A stretch of 64,000 bases of DNA from Candidatus Poribacteria bacterium. GTDB taxonomy: Bacteria > Poribacteria > WGA-4E > WGA-3G. Shown here in pieces: positions 50,601-60,345 of this stretch. How positions within the stretch are numbered: position 1 is the stretch's first letter; every line of letters begins with the position of its first letter. Location: NCBI GenBank assembly GCA_965197475.1, contig CBDANF010000003.1, positions 4,064,001-4,128,000 on the forward strand, given 5' to 3'. Made by a program: the position numbers and the translations under genes. Below the pieces are notes generated by a model that was not told where the DNA came from, searched no databases, and saw nothing but the letters and a program-made list of their open reading frames with translations.

Positions 50601-51706
50601 CTGAGTTGTGAATTGAGTTTGTATCTTCCGACAGTGCCTAAATCGTAACGTGCACCGTCAAAAAAGAGACGTTCCAAACAAGCTGAGGCCGCTTCGCGTG
50701 TCGGGGCATCGCCTGGTCGCAAGGTGCGGAAGATCTCAAGTAATGCCCCTTCTTGCAGTGTGCCTCCCGCATAAGCCTTCACCGTATCACGCGAAAGGGT
50801 ATTCCGCAAATAACGAAGTTCTTGCTCATCAGATTCAACCAGCACTTCTACTTCTGACACCTTAGCTTCAATGAGTCGATCAAACTCTATCTCAGACAAC
50901 TTTGTGTTTGCTTCAAGCAGAACTTCGCCAGAATCCGGATGGGCGACAGGCTCGGCGATAACTCGCCCAACAACGTCCTGCTTCATCGGAACGACCTCCG
51001 TGCTGCTGAAAAGTTTCAGGATATCCGCGTCCGTTTCCCAACCGAGCGCACGTAAGAGCACGGTGGCTAATAGTTTTTTCTTCCGGTCTAACCGGACGTG
51101 GATGCAGTCCTTTGAATCATATTCAAACTCTATCCAGGCACCTCGGTAAGGGATAATCTGACCTGTTGGGAGTTTCTGTGCACTTGCTGCAGATTTGTCA
51201 AGAAAAATTACACCTGGAGACCGCTGTAACTGATTAACAATCACGCGTTCGGAGCCGTTGATAATAAACGTTCCATTTTCAGTCATTAAAGGGATATCGC
51301 CAAGATAGACATCAGATTCTGTGATGTCTAAAACACGCGTCTGACCTGTGTCTTCATCCTTTTCGCGTTCAACGCACATCAGACGGGCTTGTACCCGTAC
51401 CTGATAGTTGAGACCACGGGATTGGCAATCTGAAAGATCATGTGTTGGTGGACTGAGCGTGTAGCTGACGAATTCAAGACTTGTCGTCTCTTTAAAGTCA
51501 TAAATCGGAAAAACTTCCTTGAACAATGCCTGAAGCCCTTTCAACTCGCGTTCATTTTCTTCAACAAAACGTTGCAGAAATGCGGTGTAAGATCGCTTTT
51601 GGGTCTCAATTAAATCAGGCAAATCAAGAACTGAAGGGGTTTTGGCAAAGGAGACACGCTGTCGTAACGCTGCCGAACTTCCATTACTTTTATTTATATC
51701 GGGCAT
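47684..51706 (-). CDS. rpoB: RNA polymerase beta subunit
   Basis: FIINGSERVIVNQL, LSQFMQQ, ETPEG, GDKMAGRYGNKG and GGQRLGEMEVWALEAYGA. Confidence 0.98.
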   Translation of the reverse strand: MPDINKSNGSSAALRQRVSFAKTPSVLDLPDLIETQKRSYTAFLQRFVEENERELKGLQALFKEVFPIYDFKETTSLEFVSYTLSPPTHDLSDCQSRGLNYQVRVQARLMCVEREKDEDTGQTRVLDITESDVYLGDIPLMTENGTFIINGSERVIVNQLQRSPGVIFLDKSAASAQKLPTGQIIPYRGAWIEFEYDSKDCIHVRLDRKKKLLATVLLRALGWETDADILKLFSSTEVVPMKQDVVGRVIAEPVAHPDSGEVLLEANTKLSEIEFDRLIEAKVSEVEVLVESDEQELRYLRNTLSRDTVKAYAGGTLQEGALLEIFRTLRPGDAPTREAASACLERLFFDGARYDLGTVGRYKLNSQLSDLSVYLDESSDMPSEDMRVLRKEDIAATLQHLMHIRNGHRTVDDLDHLGNRRVRVIGELLENQFRIALLQMRRATREKLSTTSDAQLKNPKNLVNPKPLMMALREFFGSNQLSQFMQQINPLDELTHKRRISAIGPGGLHRDRATAAVRDVHRTHYGRVCPLETPEGPSIGLIVSLATFARVNPYGFLETPYRVVRNGKITKDVKYLTADAEDKYHIAPADAISSRNKSKTLRTRKGEEVIERSLADIDYIGIAPQQIVGVSAALVPFLEHEDANRALMGANHQRQAVPLICPEAPWVGTGMEHRAARDANAMIIAHRGGVVSSLDAEEILIRTGQALHVEEGEHAFSEMGYDVYKLKNFKRSNSGTCIHQRPRVNIGDVVEAGDVIADGTATEGGELALGRNVLCAYMPWGGHNFEDSILISDSLIKNDTFTSIHIEEFEVTARQTKMGDEEITRDIPNMSSRSLAQLDDEGIIRVGSVVGTGSILVGKISPKGESEYGPEEKLLRAIFGEKVKEVKDASAYTRPGVEGVVIDVKVFSRQTTSNSEQTAWRQEALRKQVEQTWKEQCKQVSERLTEELRETLINKELAYPTTFENDNETEDGENAESPQQLQAGDVVTREYLDTLSQSKLEALQITDTDATSYIKSLQELATGRMNAYTEEKNAALEKLAAGEELKPGVLKLVKVYVASRRPISVGDKMAGRYGNKGVVAKILPEEDMPYLPDGTPVDIVLNPLGVPSRMNVGQILEIHLGLACKELGLHISSPVFDGATEEEVFDILAKTDLPKNVKQTGKSVLYDGRTGEPFGQEVTVGYVYFLKLNHLVADKMHARSTGPYSLVTQQPLGGKAQHGGQRLGEMEVWALEAYGAAHTLQEMLTIKSDDVKGRTKIYESIVKGQSPMKPGTPESFNVLVRELQSLGLNVELSEGDPADADLDQTAFHDVGFPLLHTLDTTEPIDEEPPLKLAWNTDDTE

Positions 51707-52376
51707 AAATTTTCACCTTGCGCGGGTCGCTGATGGGTTGAAAAGTTTTTACGATTAGACTGACTGTAACGAATAGTTAACAGAAAAGTATATTTCAATT
51801 GTCGGAAAAGTGGGACTTGCCGATAACTGATACTCAGCAAACTATTTTCATTACTAAATAATTGGGTTTTCTTTCACGACTTCTGTTGTTTCTGTTTTTA
51901 TACGTGAGATGCTGCTTGGGGTAGTGAAACATTGTGTTGAATTGCGAATAGCGGGCAATATACCGGTTCTCACAATTAACAATTGCGATCCAATTCGCTT
52001 TTCTTCAAAGAGAGTACGAATTAACAAACAGAAGACCGAATTGCTGTAAGGGTTCATAAATTTAGAGTTGTCAAAGACGAACCGGATTATCTTTCTTTGC
52101 TACCACAATCCTCTACTCTAACGGAATAGATACGTAACACGACGAATCTGATTATTCGGTACTATCAGGCATTGGGCGCGACAAACCACCTGACTTCATA
52201 ATAGCGGAAAAAGAAGCATACGAAGTACTTGACAGTCTATGACACAACACTAAACAATTGTGAACATTCCTCATTTAAATACAAAAACAGTTGCCTATTT
52301 TTTGAAGAAATTATATACTTCCTAAAAGTTACCACAACACGTACAGTTTTGCAACTTCTTAAAAGCGTAACGTAAA

Positions 52377-52405
52377 ATTATACATCAAGGTTTACAAAAT
52401 GTCAA
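52377..52405 (-). promoter_or_regulatory. Perfect consensus sigma70 promoter pointing toward rpoBC
   Basis: Minus strand TTGACA (52405-52400), 17 nt, TATAAT (52382-52377). Confidence 0.7.
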
Positions 52406-52512
52406 GAAAAAATGCAGAATTTTGTGAAATTTCTAATTTTGACCCACATTTCGCATGTAAATCTGTATTTTCGATTCGGGTGTAGCACAAACCTCGTAAA
52501 ATTCGGGCAATT

Positions 52513-53043
52513 ATGAGAACACTTATAGAACAACTACCTGTCAAAGCAATTATCGCCGTTCTGACAGCAGATCCTCCGATCTTACCAACCGTCTATCAGC
52601 AACTAACAGATCAATTCGGGCCCGTTGACTATACCAGCGAACTTTTGCCGTTCGACAGCACAACTTACTACGAAGATGAAATGGGAAGAGAACTGCAAAG
52701 GCAGTTTATCAGTTTTGAAAATCTGATTGATGCTGGGGCGTTAGCTGATAAGAAACTGTTTACGAATCAGGTAGAACAAGCTTCTGCACAGGAAAATATC
52801 TCACGGCGGCGTGTCAATTTAGATGTAGGTTACGTTTGTATGGCAAAGTTAGTGCTTGCATCAACGAAGGACCATGCACACCGCATCTATCTCCGCGATG
52901 GTATCTATGCAGAAATAACACTCCGTTTTTATCATAAAACGTTCCAACCGTGGGAATGGACGTATCCGGATTATCGTTCCCCTGCTTACATCGCTATTTT
53001 TAATCATATTCGCGCAATCTATAGGGAGCAACTCAAGGCATGA
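52513..53043 (+). CDS. DUF4416 family protein
   Basis: YYEDEMG; RRVNLDVGY; LASTKDHAHRIYL; WTYPDY. Confidence 0.85.
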   Translation: MRTLIEQLPVKAIIAVLTADPPILPTVYQQLTDQFGPVDYTSELLPFDSTTYYEDEMGRELQRQFISFENLIDAGALADKKLFTNQVEQASAQENISRRRVNLDVGYVCMAKLVLASTKDHAHRIYLRDGIYAEITLRFYHKTFQPWEWTYPDYRSPAYIAIFNHIRAIYREQLKA

Positions 53044-54233
53044 ACATGTATGTTACTTTCATCAAAAAATCCAAGGTAAGATATGTCGTCTCTTTCTTCG
53101 CACGTTCTAAATTTCTGATTTTTTTGACTATCTGTGCAATTTTGGTCCAGTTAACAAGTTTTTCCAGTGCACAGGAAGCAGAGACACCCCGATCACGGGC
53201 ACGCGACCTCGGCATTCACATCGGCACGTTTCCAACTGGCGAATATAATGCCATCACCGATGTCCCCGGTGTCAAGGTCGGACACGTTACCCTAAATGAG
53301 GGTGATTCAATACGCACCGGTGTTACCGCTATCCTTCCGCACAAGGATATTTGGAAGATGCGGCTGTTTAGTGCGGCGCACACTATACACGGCAACGGTG
53401 AAGCCACTGGCATCGCTCGAATTAACCAAGCAGGATGGATTGAGTCGCCAATTTTACTCACAAATACCCTGAGTGTTGGTGCTGTCCACGATGGTGTTGT
53501 CCGATATATTGTGAAGCGGTATCCAAACGATAACATTGTGCTTCCGATTGTGGCAGAATGCTACGATGGCGGTTTGAATGACATCAGTGGGCTGCACGTA
53601 AAACCGAAACACGCGATTGAGGCAATAGAAAAAGCGGCATCTGGTCCGGTAGCAGAGGGATGTGTCGGCGGGGGCACAGGCATGCGATGCTACGGTTTCA
53701 AAGCAGGTATCGGCACCGCTTCGCGAGTGCTACCACCGAACAGCGGCGGGTGGAAAGTCGGTGTATTGGTAAACTCCAACGGTGGAAGACGGCACCAATT
53801 GCGCATTGACGGTGTGCCGATAGGTAAGGCGTTGGAAGATGATCAATTGAAACCGGGTAGAGATGGGTCATTTATAATTGTTATCGCAACGGATGCGCCG
53901 TTGACGCACCGTCAGTTGAAACAGTTGGCAATTCGTGCGACACATGGACTTGCCCGCACAGGTACACCGAGCACAGACAGCAGCGGTGAGTTCGTTATCG
54001 CGTTTTCAACTGCAAACGTTTTTCCGAGCAACACCGAAAGTGGCACCTTTCAGATTCAAATGGTAGTCAACAGACGTTTGAGTTTGCTCTTTCAGGCAGC
54101 CATAGAGGCAACAGAAGAAGCGATTATTAATTCCATGACTATGGCAACAACGACGACAGGGCGTAACGGCAATACGATGCATGCCATTCCGCTGGATCAG
54201 TTGAAACAAGTGATGAAGCAGTATGGACGTTAA
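53040..54233 (+). CDS. DmpA-like P1/S58 peptidase
   Basis: NAITDVPGVKVGH; GCVGGGTGM; KAGIGTASR; DG/SFIIVIATDAPL. Confidence 0.9.
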   Translation: MNMYVTFIKKSKVRYVVSFFARSKFLIFLTICAILVQLTSFSSAQEAETPRSRARDLGIHIGTFPTGEYNAITDVPGVKVGHVTLNEGDSIRTGVTAILPHKDIWKMRLFSAAHTIHGNGEATGIARINQAGWIESPILLTNTLSVGAVHDGVVRYIVKRYPNDNIVLPIVAECYDGGLNDISGLHVKPKHAIEAIEKAASGPVAEGCVGGGTGMRCYGFKAGIGTASRVLPPNSGGWKVGVLVNSNGGRRHQLRIDGVPIGKALEDDQLKPGRDGSFIIVIATDAPLTHRQLKQLAIRATHGLARTGTPSTDSSGEFVIAFSTANVFPSNTESGTFQIQMVVNRRLSLLFQAAIEATEEAIINSMTMATTTTGRNGNTMHAIPLDQLKQVMKQYGR

Positions 54234-54287
54234 TTGTTTATTATCAAGTCCAAGAATACTTACATATTTCCTTTGGGCTTTGCGGCG

Positions 54288-54541
54288 TTTGTAGTCGCGC
54301 AATTCATTGCACCTCTTACCTATGTCAGTTAGAGCAAACGCTGTTAAACCTAACGTTTACTTTTTGTTGGTAACTTGCCAAAACATTTACCCGCCCGATT
54401 TCACAGGGTATGTAAAGTTTTTGTCATTAACCGTTCTTTTTTCTTGTAGGAGGGGTTTTCAACCCCGATTCTCAAGTGCTGCAGGTATTAAGCATTGACT
54501 CAGATTTTCTTCTGTCCGAGCGACCTCCCGGTCGCTCCTAC
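54288..54541. repeat. Cluster of GTAG-type REP-like palindromes
   Basis: GTAGTCGCGCAATTCATTGC; GTAGGAGGGGTTTTCAACCCC; GAGCGACC-TCCC-GGTCGCTC-CTAC (related copy at ~19511-19532). Confidence 0.65.
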
Positions 54542-54711
54542 AGAATCTACGTAACCCGTGAACAAACAATTGACAAAATATTTATCCGCCCGATTTCACA
54601 GAAAAATTTGACAAATTGAGAAAAATCGGGTATCCTTATTATTTAAGGTAAGAAACATATATCGTAATTTTGGTGGATACTACAAGGAAGGAAATAGAAA
54701 GGAAAAGCGTT

Positions 54712-54846
54712 ATGAAGCGTACGTATCAGCCACATAGGCGAAAACGAAAAAACAAGCTCGGATTTCGAAAACGGATGTCTACCCGTTATGGAAGAAAAAT
54801 CCTCGCGCGCCGTCGAGCAAAGGGTAGAAGAGTCCTCAGTGCATAA
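54712..54846 (+). CDS. rpmH: 50S ribosomal protein L34 (absent from the ORF track)
   Basis: [44 protein letters not shown]. Confidence 0.97.
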   Translation: MKRTYQPHRRKRKNKLGFRKRMSTRYGRKILARRRAKGRRVLSA

Positions 54847-54871
54847 AATTGCCCTAAAAACAATTTGAAAG

Positions 54872-56107
54872 ATGCCCCGTACTTTTAATTTACCCCGCTT
54901 TTATGAAAGTCCTATTATTTCCGCTGTCAAGACATCGCGGCGGAATATGGACGCTCGTAAACGGGACCTATCCCCCTCCGTTTTAGATTTTGGACCTGTC
55001 CGTTTTAAGATCGCACGTCACTTCGGGTTCTGTTATGGTGTAGAAAATGCTGTTGAGATAGCATATCGCGCACTTGAGGAGAATCCGGACAAGCGAATTT
55101 TCCTGCTATCTGAGATTATCCATAATCCTCGCGTCAACGAAAATTTAAGACATCACGGCGTGCAATTTCTCTCTGATACTGAGGGAAATCCGTTGCTACC
55201 GTTTGATGTCTTGGTACCTGATGATGTTGTCATTGTTCCTGCCTTCGGCACAACTTTAGAAGTTGAAGCGGAACTCAACGATCGCGGGGTTACGCTCTCG
55301 TCCTACAATACAACGTGCCCGTTCGTTGAAAAGGTATGGAAGCGGAGCCAGGATATTGGTAAGCAGGATTACACCGTTGTTGTGCATGGCAAAAGGTATC
55401 ATGAGGAGACCCGCGCCACGTTTTCCCATGCGCAAGCGGAGGCACCTGTCGTTGTCGTTCGCGATCTTGCGGAGGCAGAAGACCTCGCAAAGGTAATACG
55501 CGGCGATGCAGATGCCGACTTTTTCTTTGAACAATTTGTCGACCGATATACCGAAGGCTTCCACCCAGACACCCACCTCAAGCGCATCGGTGTTGTCAAC
55601 CAGACCACGATGCTCGCCACAGAGACACAAGCCATCGCTGATTTGTTACGGCAGGCTATTATTGAGAGATACGGTGAAGAGAATCTTGCGGAACATTTTG
55701 CTGATACGAAGGATACGCTCTGCTATGCCACGAAAGAGAACCAGGACGCAACGCTCGCGCTTATCGCTGAAGGTGGGGATGTTGCGGTTGTCGTCGGGGG
55801 ATACAATTCTTCCAACACAAGCCATCTTGTGGAACTTTGTGAACACAAGTTACCGACCTATTTTGTCCGAGACGCGGAGGAGTTACTCAGTCCTAAACAG
55901 ATTCGTCATTTGGAACTTGAGACAAAAAAGGTGCAGATAACGGAGGATTGGCTACCGACTGAACATCTTGATGGGAGTCCAGTTGATATTGTCCTGACTG
56001 CGGGTGCTTCCTGTCCAGATATTCTGCTTGATGAGGTGTTGCGGAAGATTGTTGGCTGGTTTTCAGGGACACGTTCTGTGGAAGATGTGCTTGCGCCTTA
56101 TGAGTAG
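54872..56107 (+). CDS. ispH: 4-hydroxy-3-methylbut-2-enyl diphosphate reductase
   Basis: GFCYGV; IIHNP; TTCPFV; NQTT; TLCYAT; VGGYNSSNT; TAGASCP. Confidence 0.95.
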   Translation: MPRTFNLPRFYESPIISAVKTSRRNMDARKRDLSPSVLDFGPVRFKIARHFGFCYGVENAVEIAYRALEENPDKRIFLLSEIIHNPRVNENLRHHGVQFLSDTEGNPLLPFDVLVPDDVVIVPAFGTTLEVEAELNDRGVTLSSYNTTCPFVEKVWKRSQDIGKQDYTVVVHGKRYHEETRATFSHAQAEAPVVVVRDLAEAEDLAKVIRGDADADFFFEQFVDRYTEGFHPDTHLKRIGVVNQTTMLATETQAIADLLRQAIIERYGEENLAEHFADTKDTLCYATKENQDATLALIAEGGDVAVVVGGYNSSNTSHLVELCEHKLPTYFVRDAEELLSPKQIRHLELETKKVQITEDWLPTEHLDGSPVDIVLTAGASCPDILLDEVLRKIVGWFSGTRSVEDVLAPYE

Positions 56108-56146
56108 AAGTATGCTTTGTGATAACTTTAAAAATAAAGGGAAAAC

Positions 56147-57985
56147 ATGTCTATGAATGACCAGTATAAATATGTTGGACAATCTCTCACACTAAAGATA
56201 GCGCGAGAACTTATTCAAGAACTATTCGCAGGACAAACTGTCCCAAAACGAGAAATCGTAAGGGTTGTAGATGAAACGCATCTTGAGCGTGGAGGACTGC
56301 CAGCAGTTTCCAGAAGTTCTTATCCTGTCACGCGAGCACTGGCCGCGATGAAGCAATCCGGGCTTGCAAAGAATCCAAGACGGGGCTTTTGGTTTATACT
56401 GCACTATATTAAAACGCTAAACGGGTTTTTGAAATGGGCATCTCAATTTGATTCCGAAGAAGATGAAGAAGATGCTGAAAAATACTTGTTTCGAGGGGTA
56501 TCAAGCGTAGATTATAAAATTGACGCGTCCGCTTATCGGCGTTTGAAAAAAGGGCGAGATAGCGATGAAAGACAGGATGGAGATTTTGAAAGATTCTTGC
56601 AAATCAATAGGGATATGATTAGAGATGCACGTTTTCGTGGGCACGACCGTAGAGACGGACGGAGGTTGGAGGATTTAGAAATACTTGCTGAATTTCAGCA
56701 CTATGGCGCGGCCACTTGTTTAATAGATTTTACCTACAATGTGCTTGTTGCCCTTTGGTTTGCATGCAAGAAAAGTTCAAAGGATACGTCAAAAGGTGGT
56801 AAGGTTGTTGCGGTACGGCCAGGTGATTCCACTTTTACAGAGATAACTTCAGGATTTAGTGTGATTACACTGGAATCCCTTGAAAAAAAGATTAATGATT
56901 TTTTTCATGATAGTAAAGGTAATATAAAAGAGAAACTTTATCAATGGCAACCTCGGCATCAAAATAATCGTATTATAGCGCAGCAATCTATCTTCTTGTT
57001 CGGAGTTCTTGACATTAACCCTGACGCAGAATGTATCATTGACGAAAGTAGCAAGGAAAAGATTCGAAAGTCTCTACAGCGAATCTATGGTATCACTGAA
57101 GATATGTTGTTTCCTGATTTTGATGGTTTTGCACAGCAACGCAGTCAGGATGTACCATATATTCTTCTCCCCGCCTCTGAATATAGGGAGCGTGCTTATA
57201 GAGAATTCCAAAGAGGTAAATATGAGTCAGCGATTACTGATTATGACGAGGCGATTCATCTGAACCCCGATGATGCCTCTGCTTACTATCAGCGCGGACA
57301 TGTAAATTTTGAGCTACAACAATACGAATTAGCGATTGATGATTATAGCAAGGCAATTGACCGAAAACCCGACGATTATGCAGATTTTTATCGAGCGCGA
57401 GGTAATGCGAATTTTAATCTAAAGCGATACGCACCAGCTATTGAGGATTATAGTGAGGTGATTCGTATATTTCCTAATGATATAAATTCCTATAACTACC
57501 GCGGACTTGCCAAAGCTGCACAAAAACAATACGAAGAAGCTATTGACGATTTTGATGAAGCAATTCGCAGATCTGCTGGTAGCCATGATATTTACCGATC
57601 GCGAGGATGGGCTAAATATGAGCTCAAACAATATAAGGCAGCTATTGACGATTATAACGAGGTAATTCGGATATATGACGATAGAAAATCCTATTACAAA
57701 CGAGGCCTTGCAAACTTTGGACTAAAGAAATATGAATTAGCTATTGACGACTATGACAAAGCTATTAGTCTGAGTACCCCTTTTAACATGGATCCTGATG
57801 ATGCATATATCTACTACCAGCGCGCACTTGCTAAAAAGGAATTAGGTCGTTTTGAGGAGGAAATAACAGATCTCCAAACAGCCTTTCCATTGGCTAAGCG
57901 GATTGCTAATGATGATTCGGAACTTGCAGTCGAGATCGATTATCTTCTTCGTGAACTCAGATCACACAGTGGAGAATCACAATGA
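56147..57985 (+). CDS. N-terminal winged-helix-like + FRG domain + TPR repeat protein
   Basis: YLFRG; QHYGAATCLIDFT; ALWFAC; NNRIIAQQSIF; LFPD; about 7 TPRs (AI.DY..AI). Confidence 0.88.
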   Translation: MSMNDQYKYVGQSLTLKIARELIQELFAGQTVPKREIVRVVDETHLERGGLPAVSRSSYPVTRALAAMKQSGLAKNPRRGFWFILHYIKTLNGFLKWASQFDSEEDEEDAEKYLFRGVSSVDYKIDASAYRRLKKGRDSDERQDGDFERFLQINRDMIRDARFRGHDRRDGRRLEDLEILAEFQHYGAATCLIDFTYNVLVALWFACKKSSKDTSKGGKVVAVRPGDSTFTEITSGFSVITLESLEKKINDFFHDSKGNIKEKLYQWQPRHQNNRIIAQQSIFLFGVLDINPDAECIIDESSKEKIRKSLQRIYGITEDMLFPDFDGFAQQRSQDVPYILLPASEYRERAYREFQRGKYESAITDYDEAIHLNPDDASAYYQRGHVNFELQQYELAIDDYSKAIDRKPDDYADFYRARGNANFNLKRYAPAIEDYSEVIRIFPNDINSYNYRGLAKAAQKQYEEAIDDFDEAIRRSAGSHDIYRSRGWAKYELKQYKAAIDDYNEVIRIYDDRKSYYKRGLANFGLKKYELAIDDYDKAISLSTPFNMDPDDAYIYYQRALAKKELGRFEEEITDLQTAFPLAKRIANDDSELAVEIDYLLRELRSHSGESQ

Positions 57986-59703
57986 ACAAACTCTACTTCG
58001 GCGATAATCTTGAAATTTTGCGCGAGATGGAGGACGAACGCGTCCATCTAATCTGCACCGATCCACCTTTCAACAGTGGGCGAAACTATAACACATTTCT
58101 CGGTGACTCCCTTGCACAGAAAAAAGCGTTTACCGATACGTGGACTTGGGACACTACCGCACAAAACACGCGCACCGACATAGAATCACGTGCAATTTCC
58201 AATGACGCTTACAAAGCACTTGATACCTGCCTCAAAGGATACGACATGGTGTTGCTAAACGCAGTATCTGGCGACAGTGGCGCAATGCGTGCCTATCTTG
58301 CCTTTATGGGACCGCGTCTTGCCGAAATGCACCGTATACTCACCAAAAAGGGGAGTATGTATTTGCACTGCGATCCAACAGCGAGCCACTATCTAAAAGG
58401 CATGATGGATGCTATCTTCGGCGTAGAGAATTTTAGGAATGAGATTATCTGGCAACGCACAAACGCACATAATGATGGTAAGCAGTACGGCAGGGTTCAC
58501 GATACAATCCTGTTCTATAGCAAAAGTAGCAAAGCAGTATGGAATCCTGTTTATACAGAACATGATCCAGAATATGTAAAGAAGTTTTATCGCCACCATG
58601 ACGAAAGGGGCCTCTACAGAGTTGGTGATTTGTATGCCCCAGGGGTAACACAAGAAGGGGAGTCAGGTAAGCCGTGGCGAGGTATAAATCCAAGTGAAGT
58701 AGGTAGGCATTGGAGTACACCACGCCGAGAAGCGTGGCCCAAAAGTGTTGAACCGCCAGAGAATTATGAATCGCTCTCGGTTCACGAAAAATTGGATGTG
58801 TTAGATGAAAATGGATTAATTTATTGGCCGCCGAGAGGTAAAGTTCCAGGATTCAAGCGTTACCTATCAACATCAAAAGGAGCAAGAGTCCACGATGTCA
58901 TTACAGACATAAATCCACTTGCGCGCGCTTCCAAGGAACGCCTTGGCTATCCCACACAGAAACCGCTTGCGCTTTATGAACGTTTAATCAGAGCTTCCAG
59001 CAATGAAGGCGATATCGTTTTAGATCCGTTCTGCGGTTGCGGCACAACGATTGATGCAGCACACACGCTCAAACGGCGATGGATGGGTATTGACATAACA
59101 ATTCTCGCGCTGGACCCGATGCGGGAGCGGTTAGCAGATCGGCACGGGTTAAAACCTTCTATTGATTATCAAATTGAAGGGTATCCGACCAACATGCAGG
59201 AAGTTCACAGGTTGCTGAAAGATGGTGATAAACGCAAGTATCACGACTTCTCAAATTGGGCAGTGACGCGGCTTGGGTTGAGACCGACTAAAGATGTCGG
59301 CGATGGCGGGCTTGACGGTATTGGGCATGTCACCTTATGGAATCCACAGCAAATGAAAGAGACAGATGCACGCATATTGGCAGAGGTCAAGACAGGCAAA
59401 CCGAACATCACACAGGTACGTGCTTTCTGTCATGTGATGGAGGAACACAAAGCGGAAGTCGGTATTTTTATCACGATTGCGCCGGTAAGTCCGAAAATGC
59501 GTCAAATAGCAGAGAATATGGGCAGTTTTGAGCATAACAACAAAACGTATCCCCGACTCCAGTTCTGGCAGTTAGATGATGAATACTTTAAGAACCCAGA
59601 TATTATCAACACGCTTGTTCGCTTGCCGGATGCGTGGCGAATCCGACCAACCCAGAAGTCGGGTCGTCATTTTGAGGGGCAGCAGATGGAATTACTTCGG
59701 TAA
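57982..59703 (+). CDS. Beta-class DNA methyltransferase fused to an Mrr-like endonuclease domain
   Basis: DPPFNS; GYPTQKP; DPFCGCGTT; GDGGLDG...AEVKTG; ATGA overlap with the upstream gene. Confidence 0.87.
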   Translation: MNKLYFGDNLEILREMEDERVHLICTDPPFNSGRNYNTFLGDSLAQKKAFTDTWTWDTTAQNTRTDIESRAISNDAYKALDTCLKGYDMVLLNAVSGDSGAMRAYLAFMGPRLAEMHRILTKKGSMYLHCDPTASHYLKGMMDAIFGVENFRNEIIWQRTNAHNDGKQYGRVHDTILFYSKSSKAVWNPVYTEHDPEYVKKFYRHHDERGLYRVGDLYAPGVTQEGESGKPWRGINPSEVGRHWSTPRREAWPKSVEPPENYESLSVHEKLDVLDENGLIYWPPRGKVPGFKRYLSTSKGARVHDVITDINPLARASKERLGYPTQKPLALYERLIRASSNEGDIVLDPFCGCGTTIDAAHTLKRRWMGIDITILALDPMRERLADRHGLKPSIDYQIEGYPTNMQEVHRLLKDGDKRKYHDFSNWAVTRLGLRPTKDVGDGGLDGIGHVTLWNPQQMKETDARILAEVKTGKPNITQVRAFCHVMEEHKAEVGIFITIAPVSPKMRQIAENMGSFEHNNKTYPRLQFWQLDDEYFKNPDIINTLVRLPDAWRIRPTQKSGRHFEGQQMELLR

Positions 59704-59742
59704 ATGGAGTGCTTTTGTCCGCTCGCTCCTACCTATCAACTA

Positions 59743-60345
59743 TCAAGCTTCGGGCAAATTGGCATTCATGAGATACCCAATTGCACCGAATACCTTTTTT
59801 AGCTCATTTATTGTAAGGGCAGTTTCGTTACGCGTAAACTGATTTCCAGCTAATTTTCCGAATTGCCAAAACTCACCATCCGTTACAATTCCGTAAACTG
59901 TTTTTTTATCGTCATCGTTGATTTTTTGAACGGCAACCAATTCTGCTAAACACTGTCCCCATCCCTTAACAAAGTCGTTCCGTTTTGCTTCTGCAACGAT
60001 AATGATTGGAATCCCCGGCACCGTTTTTCCCAACGCAGATTTTGTTGAGACCAGGTAATCAGGCGTGCCACTCAGCACCTCATCGTAAGAAATCAATTCA
60101 TGGCTCCACAACGCAAACTATTCTACATAGTTTTTGTACACGTCCCTCAAAACTGGATAAATCACATTTTCACAACGGGCTGCTTCTGATGAAAACACGT
60201 TGATGTGACGCTGACTGAATTTGAATTCCTCCAAAAATGCTTCGGAAGGTTCAATATCCACGTATTGAATATACTCTGCTTCGGTATATTTAATTTTGAA
60301 GGCTTCCTGCACTTGGACGATTGAATTGAAATCTGTAAATGCCAT
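59743..60345 (-). pseudogene. PD-(D/E)xK-type (HsdR N-terminal-like) hypothetical with in-frame TAG at 60118-60120
   Basis: MAFTDF...SEAARCE..IYPVL..NYVE*FALWSH..GTPDY..AEAKRNDF..GWGQCLAEL..YGIVTDG in one frame. Confidence 0.75.

Noticed and set aside
40354-51708. Numerous short antisense and alternate-frame ORFs over rpoBC (and similar ones elsewhere)
   Set aside because: Shadow ORFs of long conserved genes, with no recognisable motifs
60118-60120. Pyrrolysine codon
   Set aside because: Not a methylamine methyltransferase-type context, position appears non-catalytic, and no pyl genes in the window
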